Source of the DNA: Eledone cirrhosa
Taxonomy: Eukaryota
Direction: 5' to 3'
DNA length: 64,000 bases
NCBI GenBank assembly: GCA_964016885.1
Contig: OZ024743.1
Span: 9,238,001-9,302,000, forward strand
The translations under genes and the position numbers were made by a program. The notes under the pieces are model-generated. The model had not been told where the DNA came from. It worked only from the letters and a program-made list of their open reading frames with translations, and did not search any database. The stretch's first letter is position 1. The number at the start of each line of letters is the position of its first letter. This document shows positions 52,129 through 64,000 of this stretch, piece by piece.

Positions 52129-54391
52129 AAACCGAAAATAATCAACCTTTCAAATACAAACCTCTCAGCCCAACAAGTAAAAATTCTCTCCAAAGGACTG
52201 TAATTCACGCCAACTTCACAATACTCGAACCCCAATGAGATAAATGACGATATCTCACACTTCTGTAGAAAATTACGTCTCACAGAGGAATTCTTTGACA
52301 AGTAGAATAACGACGAATCAATTGCACGGAATAAAAGCAGCTACAACCCAACAAAAGGTAGAAACAGAGTTCTGGACAAATTTTGTGACCACATAGCTAC
52401 CTTCCCATACCATGAACTACCGCAACCTAAACCCAAACCCAACACGAGTCGAAGGGAATGGGAGATTATCCATGAACTAAAAAACAATACGGACATTATA
52501 ATTAAGGAAGCGGACAAGGGAAGTACTGTTGTCATTATGGAGGCTGAAAAATATAAAAATTCTATGTTCTCTCTCTTACAAAATACTAATTACTATGAAA
52601 GAGTAAAAAACTACCAGCAATCAAAAATAATGACCAGATTAAACACACTGATTTATCGATACCAGGAAGACCTAACTAAAAAGGAACGCGATTATTTAAC
52701 AAATTTTGAATACAAAACCAGCAACCTTTACGGACTTCCGAAGATCCACAAGTGTAAAATAATCAACGATGCCTGTAAACAATCCACCTCAGCCTGCGTG
52801 AACACACAATACCCCACAGACCTTAAATTAAGACCAATTGTAGCGGGCCCACAATGTGAAACACACAGACTGAGCAACTTTATAGACATACTACTGAAAC
52901 CAATGCTCAAACACATACCAAGCCTTGTAAGAGACGATCTGAACTTCTTAAACCACCTCCCCACATGTCAACAACGACACTATTATTGTGTCTTTCGATG
53001 TAGTGAATCTCTACACAACGATCCCACACCAATACGGACTAGAAGCAATAGGATTCTGGCTAGAGAAATATCCCAATGAGATACCTGACAGAATAGAAAA
53101 AAGCTTCATCACCGAGGGATTAAAATTCATCTTACAGAACAACTTTTTTGATTTCGATGGCAATACTTACAAGCAAATATGGGGGACTGCGATGGATACA
53201 AAAGCCGCTCCAACTTATGCCAACTTAGTCATGGCATACTTAGAAGTCCAGATATATGAACAGTCCAAATCAAAATACGGATTGAACTTCCACAAATATT
53301 TATCAGAGAATTGGAAACGCTACTTGGATGATTGTCTCATTCTTTGGTCCCACACACTCGCCCAACTGAAGGATTTCAAAAACTTAATAAACGGCATCAA
53401 TAACCACATCCAATTCACAATGGAATACAGCCAAGATCAACTCCCATTTCTGGACATCTCTATCTTAAAAAAAGACACAAATATCGAAACTGACATACAC
53501 TACAAACCAACAGATTCCAAACAATATCTGCTATTCACCTCCAACCATCCAAAGCACACGAAGACGAACATTCCTTTTAACCTAGCAAGAAGAATTTGCA
53601 CAATTATGAAACGCGAAATAAAAGACTTCAAGAATTAAAGGAAATTCTACTCGAGAGAGAGTACCCACTATTACTAATAAATAATGGAATAGAAAGGGCT
53701 AAAGCAATAGGCATTGATGAATTACGGAAACAGAAACAAATTCAAGGTACTTCCAATATTCTATCATATATCTCAACACACAACCCAAGAAATGCGGAAG
53801 CTTACAACACTATTCACAAGAACATCTATTCACAAGAACATCCCACTACTAAAACAAAACCCAAGAAAAAAGCCCTTGAAAAAAGCCCTTGAAACACACA
53901 AAATAATCAAAAGCAAAAGACAACCAAAATCACTGAAAACATTACACACCAATGCCAAGTTACCTACCACAAACCCACAACCAAGTATAACAAAATGTGG
54001 TCGCTCTAATTGTGGAACCTGCACTCACCTCATTGAAGGCAACACGTATACATTTAAATCAGGACAAAATTTTACTGTAAAAAATCACTTCACTTGCTCA
54101 TCAAAAAATCTAATTTATGCCATTAAATATAAAGGATGCAATGAAGATTATATAGGAGAAACTAAACTCATACTCAGAAACAGAATGACAGTTCATCGCC
54201 AACAATTACGAGATCCAACCACAAGACAGATACCACTAAGTGCACATCTAGACATTTGCGCAAGTAATAAGACACCCAAATTCCAAGTTTTCCCATTTTA
54301 CCTTTGCACTAACAATACAACAGAACAAATACGAATAAATAAGGAAAATATGTTTATTCAAAAATATAGACCAGCATTAAATATGGTTTAA
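52129..54391 (+). pseudogene. PLE RT-GIY-YIG ORF, disrupted by stops and frameshifts
   Basis: IINLS..LSKGL*FTPT; IIIKEADKGSTVVIM; LYGLPKIHK; LRPIVAGP; SFDVVNLYTTIP; GTAMDTKAAPTYANL; RYLDD; FLDISI..YKPTD; Cys linker KCGRSNCGTC..C; NLIYAI..GCNEDYIGET..LRNRMTVHR. Stops at 52201 and 52302. Confidence 0.95.
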
Positions 54392-54849
54392 TATACATTA
54401 TGTCAACACAATAATATGACATACACACACACACATAACACATTCTACTTTAGAAAATAAAAACCCGAACTAAATAAACGTTAACATACGTTTGCACTGA
54501 CAATACAACAGAACAAATACGAATAAGTAAGGAAAATATGTTCATTCAAAAATATTCCTACTAAAGGAATCATTTTCCTACACACACACCCACACACACA
54601 CAATATATATATATATTCTCTTCATCTTAAATGCTAACCATACTCCCACACACACACATAACAACCCCCACACCCACAACTACCTCCCCCATTTCTACTA
54701 ATAGAACCACTTTCCTACACACATATATACACACACACAAAATATATATTCTCTCCATCTTAACATACTCGCACACACACACATAACACCCATATACACA
54801 CACACAGAACTCCTTCCCCCATTTTTACTAATAGAATCATCTTCCAATA

Positions 54850-54894
<45 letters not shown>

Positions 54895-55773
54895 GCACAC
54901 AAATAAACATACATATCTTTACTTCAATAGAAAATTTGAATTCTGACACCCCAGCGAACTAACCATATTCATTGAACCAGAACAATTCTCCCAATCCCAT
55001 TTCTCTTGACCACTATCTTTCCCTTGTCATAACATTCTCTATAAAGGCTACAGAATAGATTTCCAAATAAGGGCGCAAAATGTAATGAAAACTTGTTCAC
55101 GTGACAGCCAAATTTCATTTATAACCAATCAAATCACGTTTATTAAAAAAAGCCTTCGTGAGCCACCTTTTTTTAAAGTAAAGAAATTCAAACACACACA
55201 CCCACAACACACACACACACACACACGCACACACACACACACACACATACACACACACAAGCACACAAATAAACATACATATCTTTACTGTCTTTATTCA
55301 ATAGAAAATTTGAATTCTGACACCCCAGCGAACTAACCATATTCACTGAACCAGAACAATTCTCCCATCCCTTTCCCTTGACCATTATCTTTCACTTATC
55401 ATAAAATTCTCTAAAAAGGCTACAGAATGGATTTCCAAATAAGGGCACGAAAATTTAATGAAAACTTGTTCACGTGACAGCCATAATTTCATTTATAACC
55501 AACCAAAAAAAAGCCTTCGTGAGCCCCTTTTTTTCAAGTAAAAAGAAATTCAAACACTCATATATGAAAAAAACAACCTGTGACAACCTCCCCCTCTTAT
55601 TTGAAGAACTATTGTAACGCGAACTGGCGCGAAATTTATTATAATTATTGACAAACCAATCAAATTACTTCTCGAAAAACCTGGCATTTCGAGCCACTTT
55701 TTCCATATAAAACAAGTAACATTCAGAGACCAACCAGATGTGAGAAAACCCACAGACCCTCCATCTCAACTCA

Positions 55774-55811
55774 CCTTTTGAAAAGCAGAAGAACTGCGAA
55801 ACCGTTAAAGG
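55774..55811 (+). ncRNA. Minimal hammerhead with the U3:A8 variant core
   Basis: cctt-TTGAAAA-gcag aagaa ctgc-GAAA-CCG(T/G)-TA-aagg. Copies at ~25496(-), ~25604(+), ~26309(+), ~49985(-). Confidence 0.7.
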
Positions 55812-55968
55812 AACCAAATAAATATATATATTTAAAAAAAAAATAAGACTCCAGTTGCATTTTCGATTTCATCTCTTTTTCTTTATACTTTCACTCGTGT
55901 AGGACACCTCGGTTATTTTACAATTTGTAAAAAAAACCTCACTTTCTAATATATATATATATATATAT

Positions 55969-56508
55969 ATAATGAAATGACAGGAGGCTGGATTTGTGTA
56001 AATCCTTGAAAGGTTTATGATACTATGATCATTTCAATGACCGGGTTCCGTATGAAAACGGTGATATCATCAGGTATTCGAAATATAATACGTGAATTTA
56101 ATAGATAAAATCCATGGGCTGAAAATCGAGGACCCGAGGGCGATCGCTATCCTGTACCTTCTACCTTAGCCGGTCGCCCTCGAGTGACGTGGCCAAAACT
56201 TACAATGTGTTACTACCGGTCAGATAAAGGAAAACAGAAAGGGATGGGAACATAAGTTAGCGGTAGTAGTACACTGTAAGCTTTGGCCACGTCACTCGAG
56301 GGCGACCGGCTAAGGTAGAAGGTACAGGATAGCGATCGCCCTCGGGTCCTCGATTTTCAGCCCCATGGATTTTATCTATTACATTCACGTATTATATTTC
56401 GAATACCTGATATCACCGGATTCATACGGAACCCGGTCATTGAAATGATCATAGTATCATAAACCTTTCAAGGATTTACATAAATCCAGCCTCCTGTCAT
56501 TTCATTAT
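55969..56508. mobile_element. Fold-back PLE-type non-coding remnant with ~250-bp arms
   Basis: 55969-56219 is inverted at ~56261-56508. Intact HHR on the minus strand at 56021-56076: tac-CTGATGA-...-GAAA-TGATCA-TA-gta. Confidence 0.85.
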
Positions 56509-56655
56509 AATATTTAACTCCGTAATAGCACCACCAACTACAAAAACAAAGACAGTTGAACTGCTTTACGTTGAGTACTCTCTATATTATTACATTACGA
56601 TTGACCATACGGAATAGACCAGCTCTATCAAGTGGTGAACCCCAAACCTGAATAA

Positions 56656-56728
<73 letters not shown>

Positions 56729-56731
<3 letters not shown>

Positions 56732-57440
56732 ACTAGAAATTGATTGACATATATATATATCTAAAATAAACATATGAAACAATCACAGGGGATAATCTGT
56801 AAAAGTGTGTCAGCACACACAGCTATGTGGGTAACTAATTAAAGTTTAACTAGAACTTCAAAAATAGATACCTTATAAATTGATTAATCTTCCTTGTATA
56901 TATTTCATTAAAGAAATATATTTCACCAATTAATTGATTGGTAAACGAAAGTACCCAAATCCTGGATTTTCAACAAGGAAGAAGACTTAACTATCTGGTT
57001 TACGCATCAAATTCAAATCTGGACTAACTATTAGCACGTGTTACATTTAATACAAGTGCGCACATCGCGCCAGCTTCGTCCCAGTGGCGTGAATAGTGTT
57101 ATCGACAACTAGAAATAGCAGTCAAATCCTTTCAACTAAGTTAGCTCTACAAGGGGCCGAATTTATATATATCCAAAATTTAAATTAAATTAGGGGTGTC
57201 ATGTCATAGAGACATGCGCCATATCCACTGTAAAATATGCTCCAATATTCCATTGAATAGATCCGAGCATTTTATATCAACTAGAAATTGATTGACATAT
57301 ATAGATATCTAGAAATTGATTGACATATATATATATCTAAAATAAACATATCAACTAGAAATTGATTGACATATATATATATCTAAATAAAAGTGTGTCA
57401 GCACACACAGCTATGTGGGTAACTAATTAAAGTTTAACTA
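56729..57440 (-). mobile_element. Non-coding HHR-bearing mini-element 'gamma', ~1.2 units (~548-bp period)
   Basis: tcaactagaaattgattgac at 56729 and 57277; aaaagtgtgtcagc..aacta at 56801 and 57389. HHR at 56889-56981(-): cttccttg-TTGAAAA-...-GAAA-TATA-TA-caaggaag. Confidence 0.7.
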
Positions 57441-57559
57441 ATTTGTTGGAAATACAACAAATATAAATGTTTATAACTGATCCAGAGCACTCGACAATTT
57501 TCTGGAGTAAATATTCAATGATATTAAATAAATGGAAACTATATTTATAAAACCATATT

Positions 57560-57620
57560 TATTCAATTATATATATTTCAAGGGTACCAAAATTTTGGTA
57601 CGTTATCATCAGATAAAATA
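57560..57620 (-). ncRNA. Minimal type I hammerhead ribozyme
   Basis: tattttat-CTGATGA-taac gtaccaa aatt ttggtac cctt-GAAA-TATATA-TA-attgaata. Confidence 0.65.
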
Positions 57621-57645
57621 CAAAAAGTTTTATAAATATTTGACA

Positions 57646-58230
57646 CTAGCAGTGGTACCCGGCGTTGCACGGGATAAGTTATTTTGGAACGCGGGCCGCC
57701 AACCGACCTAATCGTGGAAACACTGCATGTCTGGACAATATGTAAAGAAAATAAACCGAATACTCTGATGGCTGGATAATCTTTAAGATTTTCCTCGATA
57801 AAGCAGGAAAAATGCAGGTTTTCACCTAATGCGGGCCCTAGGGGATCAAGAAAATAATTTTTTTATGCGCATAATATGCCTTGAAATATCGAGAAAAGCG
57901 GCTAGACGTAACGCCTCCAAAAAGCCCTAAAAAGCTGAAAAAAAGGAAATTTTTCACCTAATGCGGGCCCTAGGCCATAAAAAAGTTGGATTTTCTTTGT
58001 TCACGGTATGAAGAAGAGACTGACTAATAGATAATTACAATTTCAAGGAAATAGGTCGGACGTAACGCCTCAAATAATCCCTAAAAACCTGAAAACACGC
58101 AGTTTTTCACCTAATGGATATAAAAAAATTGAATTTCCTTATATGCCTAACACTCCCTAAAACATAAGTAATACACATGTAAAGTTTGAAAAGAATCGGT
58201 TGGGGACTTCTCGAGGTTTAGGGATTCAAA

Positions 58231-58271
<41 letters not shown>

Positions 58272-58569
58272 CCTCAGGGAAGTGACGTAATGCAGACAGC
58301 TAGACATACAGACAGATATTATAAGGGCGCGACGTTATATGTATGTATCTATCTAAAGAGAGAAAGACTAAGAATTATAGAGAGAGATCGTTAAATCGCC
58401 TAATGCGGTCCCTAGGGCATTGAAAATTAGAAATTCATTTTGCTCAGAATATTCCATGAAACATAAGTATTACATGTGTAAAGTCTGAAAACAGTCGGTT
58501 GGGTGCTTCTCTAGTTTTAGGGATTCAAACTCACACACACACAGACATCCTCAGTTTTATATATAGAGA
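57646..58569 (-). mobile_element. Non-autonomous Helitron
   Basis: The minus strand reads A|TCTCTATATATAAAACTGAG ... cccgtgcaacgccggg hairpin ... CTAG|T, an AT target with no TSD. Internal repeats cacctaatgcgggccctagg. Confidence 0.9.
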
Positions 58570-58614
58570 TAACCAAGGATAATATACCTTAACGGTTCAA
58601 GTTATCCCTGGAAA

Positions 58615-58650
<36 letters not shown>

Positions 58651-58654
<4 letters not shown>

Positions 58655-60562
58655 ATACTTGGGGAGGGTCATATTTGCGTAATATTGCCAGAATTAATAA
58701 CGGAACACACTCACTGTTTGGTTGGTTTTCGCTTCTCGCTGTCTTTTATATCTGCGATCTAACTTACTCGGTCCTCAATGTTGCCATTGACTGACCGACG
58801 GTCAAAAATAATACAGATACAATATAGACACAAACACATATATATAGTTTACATAATTTACATAAATCTTTCGTTGCACATCTGCAACATCGTCAGGGGT
58901 GTTATATTATTTGTTCCTCCTGTTGTGTTGTATGTCTACACCATTTTTTATTCAGTCTGTCTATATATTTATTTATTTATTTGCTTGTTTGTTTATCTTA
59001 TTTTATTTTGTCTTTTTTGCGCATGCGTTTGCGTGTGTGTATAGTGTTATGTGTGCTGTGTGACTAGTGTGTATAGTGTTGTGTCTGCTGGGTGACTAGT
59101 GTGTGTTTATGTGCTTGTTGTTATTGTGCTTGTGTATGTATTTATTTATCTTATTTTATTTTATTTTATTTTATTTACTTATTTATACTTCTCTTAGTCA
59201 GTGTTGTTTGTTTGGGTGTTGTTGTTGTTCCACTCATTCTTTCTGTTTAGCTTTGGTCTTCTAATTTCTATTTCAGCGGCCTCTCTGATTTGCCTATCTG
59301 CTGGGTCATTCCTATGTTTAGATATTATTCTAATTTCTATGTTGTCTATGTTACCGTCATGTTGTTGTCTAGCATGTTCGTATAGTACTGACCCGTTTTT
59401 TCGTCCTTTTAGTTCCCCCCAGTGTTGGTCTATCCTTTCACCTATGCTACGAGCTGTCTCACCTATGTATGTTGTTGTCATGTTTCTGCAAGTACCCTCT
59501 GTACATCTTATGCTATAAACTACGTTTCTAGTTTTACAGTTTATCCGGGGGTTCACCTTACATATGATACATTTCCTATTGGTACAGTGGGGTTTCTTAA
59601 AAGGGTAGGTTTTGCTGATCAGGGATTTTATGGTGGTTCCTGGCTTTTCTACCACCTTTATTTTTAAGTGGGTCTTTCTCAGGGCCTTTCTACACTGGTT
59701 AGCTAATTTCCCTCCAGGGGTGGCGTCCACAAACATGACACTCTGATATCTCTGGTTGTCGCACCATGATGTGGCCTTCCCTATCTTATGTCTAGCCCTA
59801 TCTAAGCTATTCCATGATTTGCTCCTGTATAGTGGGCAAATTCCTTTCATGTCCAGTTCTATGAGGGTCTTATACTTTTCCATGGCTCCTTCGTATACTC
59901 TGACTCTGTCTCTTTGGTTGTAGCCAGAGAACTGCATGCGGTTGATGAAGTGTTGGATGTGTCTTTCCATTTCTGTTGGGTCGCACATGCTGGACACATT
60001 CTTCATCACTCGTACCAAATCTGCGATCAGAATATTAAACTTAGCACTACTGGAGATTGCTGAGTTTTTGAGTATCAGGTATTTGGAGGCCATGGGTTTA
60101 GCATAGTGTGAGTGGAGAATTTGGGCTCTCTCGTCTATAGTGTTAATCCAGAGTTCTGTGTCTAATACAGGTAGTCTATTGTTAGGGTGTTTGGAAGGGA
60201 AGTCGATAGTTACAGTTATACTCTGGTGTATGGAATTAGCTATCTGCTGGATGCTTTCCATCGTGCTACGTTCTAAATCAAACTTGTTAGTGGTCTCTAG
60301 TGGGGGTGTTCTTATAACTATATTGATATCGTCTACATAACGAGAGTACATGATGAGGTCTATGGAGCTTTCATCAAGGAGATCTTTAAGTCTCCTTTCC
60401 CACCATACCATGAAAAGGTTGGCAACATCACCAGCTATGCTGACGCCGATGGCTGCTCCCTCATTTTGGGTGTAGATTTTCTCATTGAACTTAAATATGT
60501 GGCCCTTTAGGCTAGTTTTGATACTATCCCCTATTGCATGTGCGACCATTTTTCTTACCTGA
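58651..60562 (-). mobile_element. 5'-truncated Penelope-like element (Nematis-like)
   Basis: Open RT-EN frame plus a 3' UTR. HHR-like CTGACGA-gttgca..tgcaac-GAAA at ~58869-58899; ends at (TA)n. Confidence 0.92.
59194..60562 (-). CDS. PLE RT (C-terminal half) plus GIY-YIG endonuclease; uninterrupted but 5'-truncated
   Basis: GAAIGVSIAGDVANLFM; YSRYVDDINI; LPVLDTELWI; HYAKPMAS; PLYRSKSW; KVVEKPG; CxxxxCxxC..C; NVVYSIRC..C..YIGETARS..ERIDQH; RQIREA..LNRKNEW. Confidence 0.9.
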
Positions 60563-61236
60563 TCAGTGTTTATATATATATATTGTTTACATGTTACTGG
60601 TTGGTTGTTTGTTCTATGTGTGTGTGTTTTCATTTTGTCCTTAATTGTAAGTAGTGATGTTGCTATTCCATTCATCTTTTATATTTAATTTTGGTTGGAG
60701 TTCATTTATGTTTATTGCCTCTGTGATTTGTCTAAAAGACGCAATGTTTAGACAAATCACAGAGGCAATAAACATAAATGAACTCCAACCAAAATTAAAT
60801 AGAAAAGATGAATGGAATAGCAACATCACTACTTACAATTAAGGACAAAATGAAAACACACACACACACATAGAACAAACAATCAACCAGTAACATGTAA
60901 ACAAACAAATAAATATACAAATATAAACACACACAGACACCCGGATGTAACACATGCGCAAACTAAGCACACAACACACACAAAAACAAGATCGCGAAGG
61001 ACAGAACAAAGGAGAGGCACAAAACAAAGAAAAGAATCCCCAGTCACTGAAGAGGTCACAGAATGTGTGAGGAAAGAACTTTGACAATATATGAACAACC
61101 GTCCGGTTATGGAACCAACCAACCGGAAATTTATAAATTCTTAAATTTATAAATTTAATTCATAATAAATTGGAGTGAAAGCAACTGGTGCGTGTGTTTC
61201 TTATTGGCAACATGACCCTCCCAAAGCATATCAATA
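60563..61236 (+). mobile_element. Second Nematis-like PLE 3' end with an inverted copy
   Basis: 60563-60735 is inverted at 60745-60925. Encodes the EN end FRQITEAININELQPKLNRKDEW*. HHR gtca-CTGAAGA..GAAA..TT-tgac at 61043-61085. Confidence 0.85.
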
Positions 61237-61244
61237 TATACATA

Positions 61245-61339
<95 letters not shown>

Positions 61340-61350
61340 ATATATGTACC

Positions 61351-61923
61351 CACAAACATAGTTTTAAAAATGCAGCACTAGCTAATACAACATCTCTAGC
61401 TGAAATAATTAATAGTTATAGAAAGAGGAATATAGATTATGACCTGACCTGGAGTGTGCTCAAAAGGGCCACCCCTTATCAAAATAGTAGATATGAATGT
61501 AGATTATGTTCCCAAGAACATTTTGAAATAATGAAATCTAAGGATATCCTATAAAATAAGCGACAGGAATTAATAATATCGTGTAATCATAAACTGAGAA
61601 AAACCTTTAAATATTATAAACCTAATTAATATACACTTTAGAAATTAATATATAAACTGTTTTTAATTTAGTTAACCTATAATTAATATTCTACTACTGA
61701 TGAACTACATAATTTTGCTTTCCTTCTTACAACTATCGTTTCCTAAAACTGATACCATTAAGTAAACATATATAATGCTCTAACTTCAGGTTATGACTCT
61801 ATGTTCCTTGAAATCTATATATATTTATTATTTCTCACTAATAAATTTAATTCCCCCACCCCTAATTATATGTATATGTAAATGTGTATGTGTGTGTATA
61901 TATATGTATGTATGTGTATTTGC

Positions 61924-61987
<64 letters not shown>

Positions 61988-62028
61988 ATATATATATATA
62001 TGTGTGTATGTGTGTGTGTGTATGTGTA

Positions 62029-62065
<37 letters not shown>

Positions 62066-63020
62066 ATATATATATATTATTTTTATATTCTCTTAATTTC
62101 CCCTCATCTTTAACAGCACTTTTCAACTGCATCTAACTCTTATTTATCATATCTATATGTATTAGTATAATTTTATCAATATAAAAATTTATATTCTTTT
62201 CATAGATGTATTTTTTTCACTAACACTCTTATCGTAAAACTTTAGTCTACTTAGATATTTACATTGGCATTACTATTTATAACAGCAACTGCTTGTATAC
62301 CTTTTACTGACCACCTGACCTATTTTCACCCCTAAAATAATCTTCAATTACTACTATTTTACCATTTGGCCAATTATTAACTTTCTATTGGTTAATTCTA
62401 AATCTCTTACCAAACAGACAGAATATATTAGATCTTTGTTGGTTTTATTCAATGAACAAATATAATTATTTCTGAGGTCAGCATATGACCTATTTTCTTC
62501 CCTAAAATAATCCTTCATTCATAATATTCTTTTCCATCCAAAACTGAAATCTACCTTCCTCTACCCATAATTTAAGGTTCTTCTACTACTATATTACTAT
62601 CTTGACCCTCACTATCTCTCTATTGGTCAATTCAAAACCTGTTCCCAAACAGACCTATTGTATTGAATCTTTGTTTTTTTCAATAAACAAATATCATTAT
62701 TTCTGAAGACAGCATATATATGTGTAGGTATGTATATTTCCTCTGATAGTTTGTATAAATATTGTACATAGATCTATAGAATATGCATACCAACTCTAAC
62801 ACATATATATCCTAGAAACGATCGTAAAATGATGAATTTTTTTTAATATAAGGAACTGTTTCTTTGTTTATTCATTATTTTATTAATTTATCTTGACTCT
62901 GTTTTCCGTTTATTTTTCACCGAAAATAGTTTTTGAATGCATCTTCTCTTTTCATGATATCCGGATTACATTGAGTTCTTCATACGGATTGGACACTACC
63001 GTAAACTTTTGGTAGATTTA
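61351..63020 (+). mobile_element. 5'-truncated Naiad-like PLE (EN tail at 61351-61625 plus a long 3' UTR)
   Basis: [17 protein letters not shown]...YDLTWSVLKRATPY...CRLCSQEHFEIM...NKRQELIISCNHK. Degenerate HHR at ~62740-62830 (GAAA-CGATCG-TA). Confidence 0.8.
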
Positions 63021-63023
63021 TCT

Positions 63024-63055
<32 letters not shown>

Positions 63056-63084
63056 TAGATCTATCTTTGCAAATATAAGCTCGT

Positions 63085-63168
63085 TTATCTGATGAGATGT
63101 CGAAAAAGAGTCGGGCTTCGTCATCTTGATTGTATCCTGAACTGATCGATATCGAAACAATTGTAATA
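63085..63168 (+). ncRNA. Minimal type I hammerhead motif
   Basis: ttat-CTGATGA-gatgtcga...tcgatatc-GAAA-CAATTG-TA-ata; lies in a short segment between (TA)n and (TC)n(TA)n. Confidence 0.7.
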
Positions 63169-63233
63169 TGAAAATAGAGTTTGTACAAATGCTGTAATAC
63201 TGATTTCGACTCTTTAAAATCCGCCAACTCCCT

Positions 63234-63304
<71 letters not shown>

Positions 63305-64000
63305 TTATACTGGTTAACGAAACTGATCAGATCGAATCCTTACAGCTCCGGCTGCTATGTACTCACTCACTGATTTTATAAGAACCATATTTTAGAAATA
63401 CCAACTTATGATTGAGAGTGCACACAAAAACTTCTATCACAGGAATGTATCCTACTTTTGTACCTGTTTGTTAGAGTTGTGTTTATTTGAGCAAAATATC
63501 AACTCGTCTACTTGTAATGTAACTTTCATAATTCAAGTTTATTACAGCTTTGAATAGACCAGTTTTTGAATCAGTGTATACCTATTCTTGGTAGGTATTG
63601 CAATATACTAATTTTATATTATGTCAATCCTCAATCCGAAGATGAAAATATATCAGCACTATCCACAGAGATATTCGAAATTGCTTTTATTCTTTAATAA
63701 TGAAGCAATACCTCTATATTTGTTGTATGAAAAGAAATTTGAAAATGAGGCAATACCACCTTGCGGGAATGGATTCCGATGAAAATACAAAATCCCTCTT
63801 TAAGAAAACGTACAGCCATAATGTCATTTCTAATGTCGACATCTTATGCTTGTATTCAATGAGGAATGTCGGCCTCTTACAATAAATTCTTTAACACAAA
63901 AAGAAAAGAAATTCCACATACGAAATGAGAGAAATTTACAGAAACCGCTATGAAGAACACTGATCCTATTCTTAAGGTTTATCATCTAACGAACAATACA

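Larger units (their letters stand above)
49718..55950 (+). mobile_element. Near full-length Penelope-like retroelement (Neptune-like) with a ~1.9-kb inverted 3' copy at its 5' end
   Basis: Sense part 51829-55950. 49718-51670 is the reverse complement of ~54041-55882, and 51670-51828 is an inverted upstream fragment. HHR near the 3' end; ends in (TA)n. Confidence 0.95.

Noticed and set aside
60563-60675. N-terminus of the predicted 493-aa ORF 59194-60675
   Set aside because: It derives from the inverted 3' UTR arm of the neighbouring element, so it is a chance in-frame fusion rather than the real start.
61690-61740. CTGATGA in the Naiad-like 3' UTR as an HHR or SECIS element
   Set aside because: No matching stem II/GAAA or SECIS helix is visible, and there is no in-frame UGA in the EN tail.

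Overview
AT-rich, microsatellite-saturated eukaryotic DNA. The SINE families point to a coleoid cephalopod, most likely Octopus (inference). I found no confident host protein-coding gene; nearly all ORFs in the track are translated simple repeats. The window is a retroelement graveyard dominated by Penelope-like elements (PLEs). These look like three GIY-YIG clades: Neptune-like (49.7-56.0 kb, 41.4-42.7 kb), Nematis-like (58.7-61.2 kb) and Naiad-like (1.9-4.0 kb, 61.4-63.0 kb). Also present are R4/Dong, CRE and RTE LINE fragments, two Helitrons, a fold-back mariner, many tRNA-SINEs and three minisatellites. The main hidden signal is roughly 25-30 type I hammerhead ribozyme (HHR) motifs found by eye, many with an intact CUGANGA/GAAA/NUH core and several with the compensatory U3:A8 core. 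At least three unrelated, wholly non-coding 410-550 bp HHR-bearing units occur as partial head-to-tail tandems in (TA)n tracts, and their 5' ends fall 12-44 nt downstream of the predicted self-cleavage site. These are candidate non-autonomous mini-Penelope or retrozyme-like RNAs. All folds and alignments were done by eye, so coordinates may be off by a few nt.
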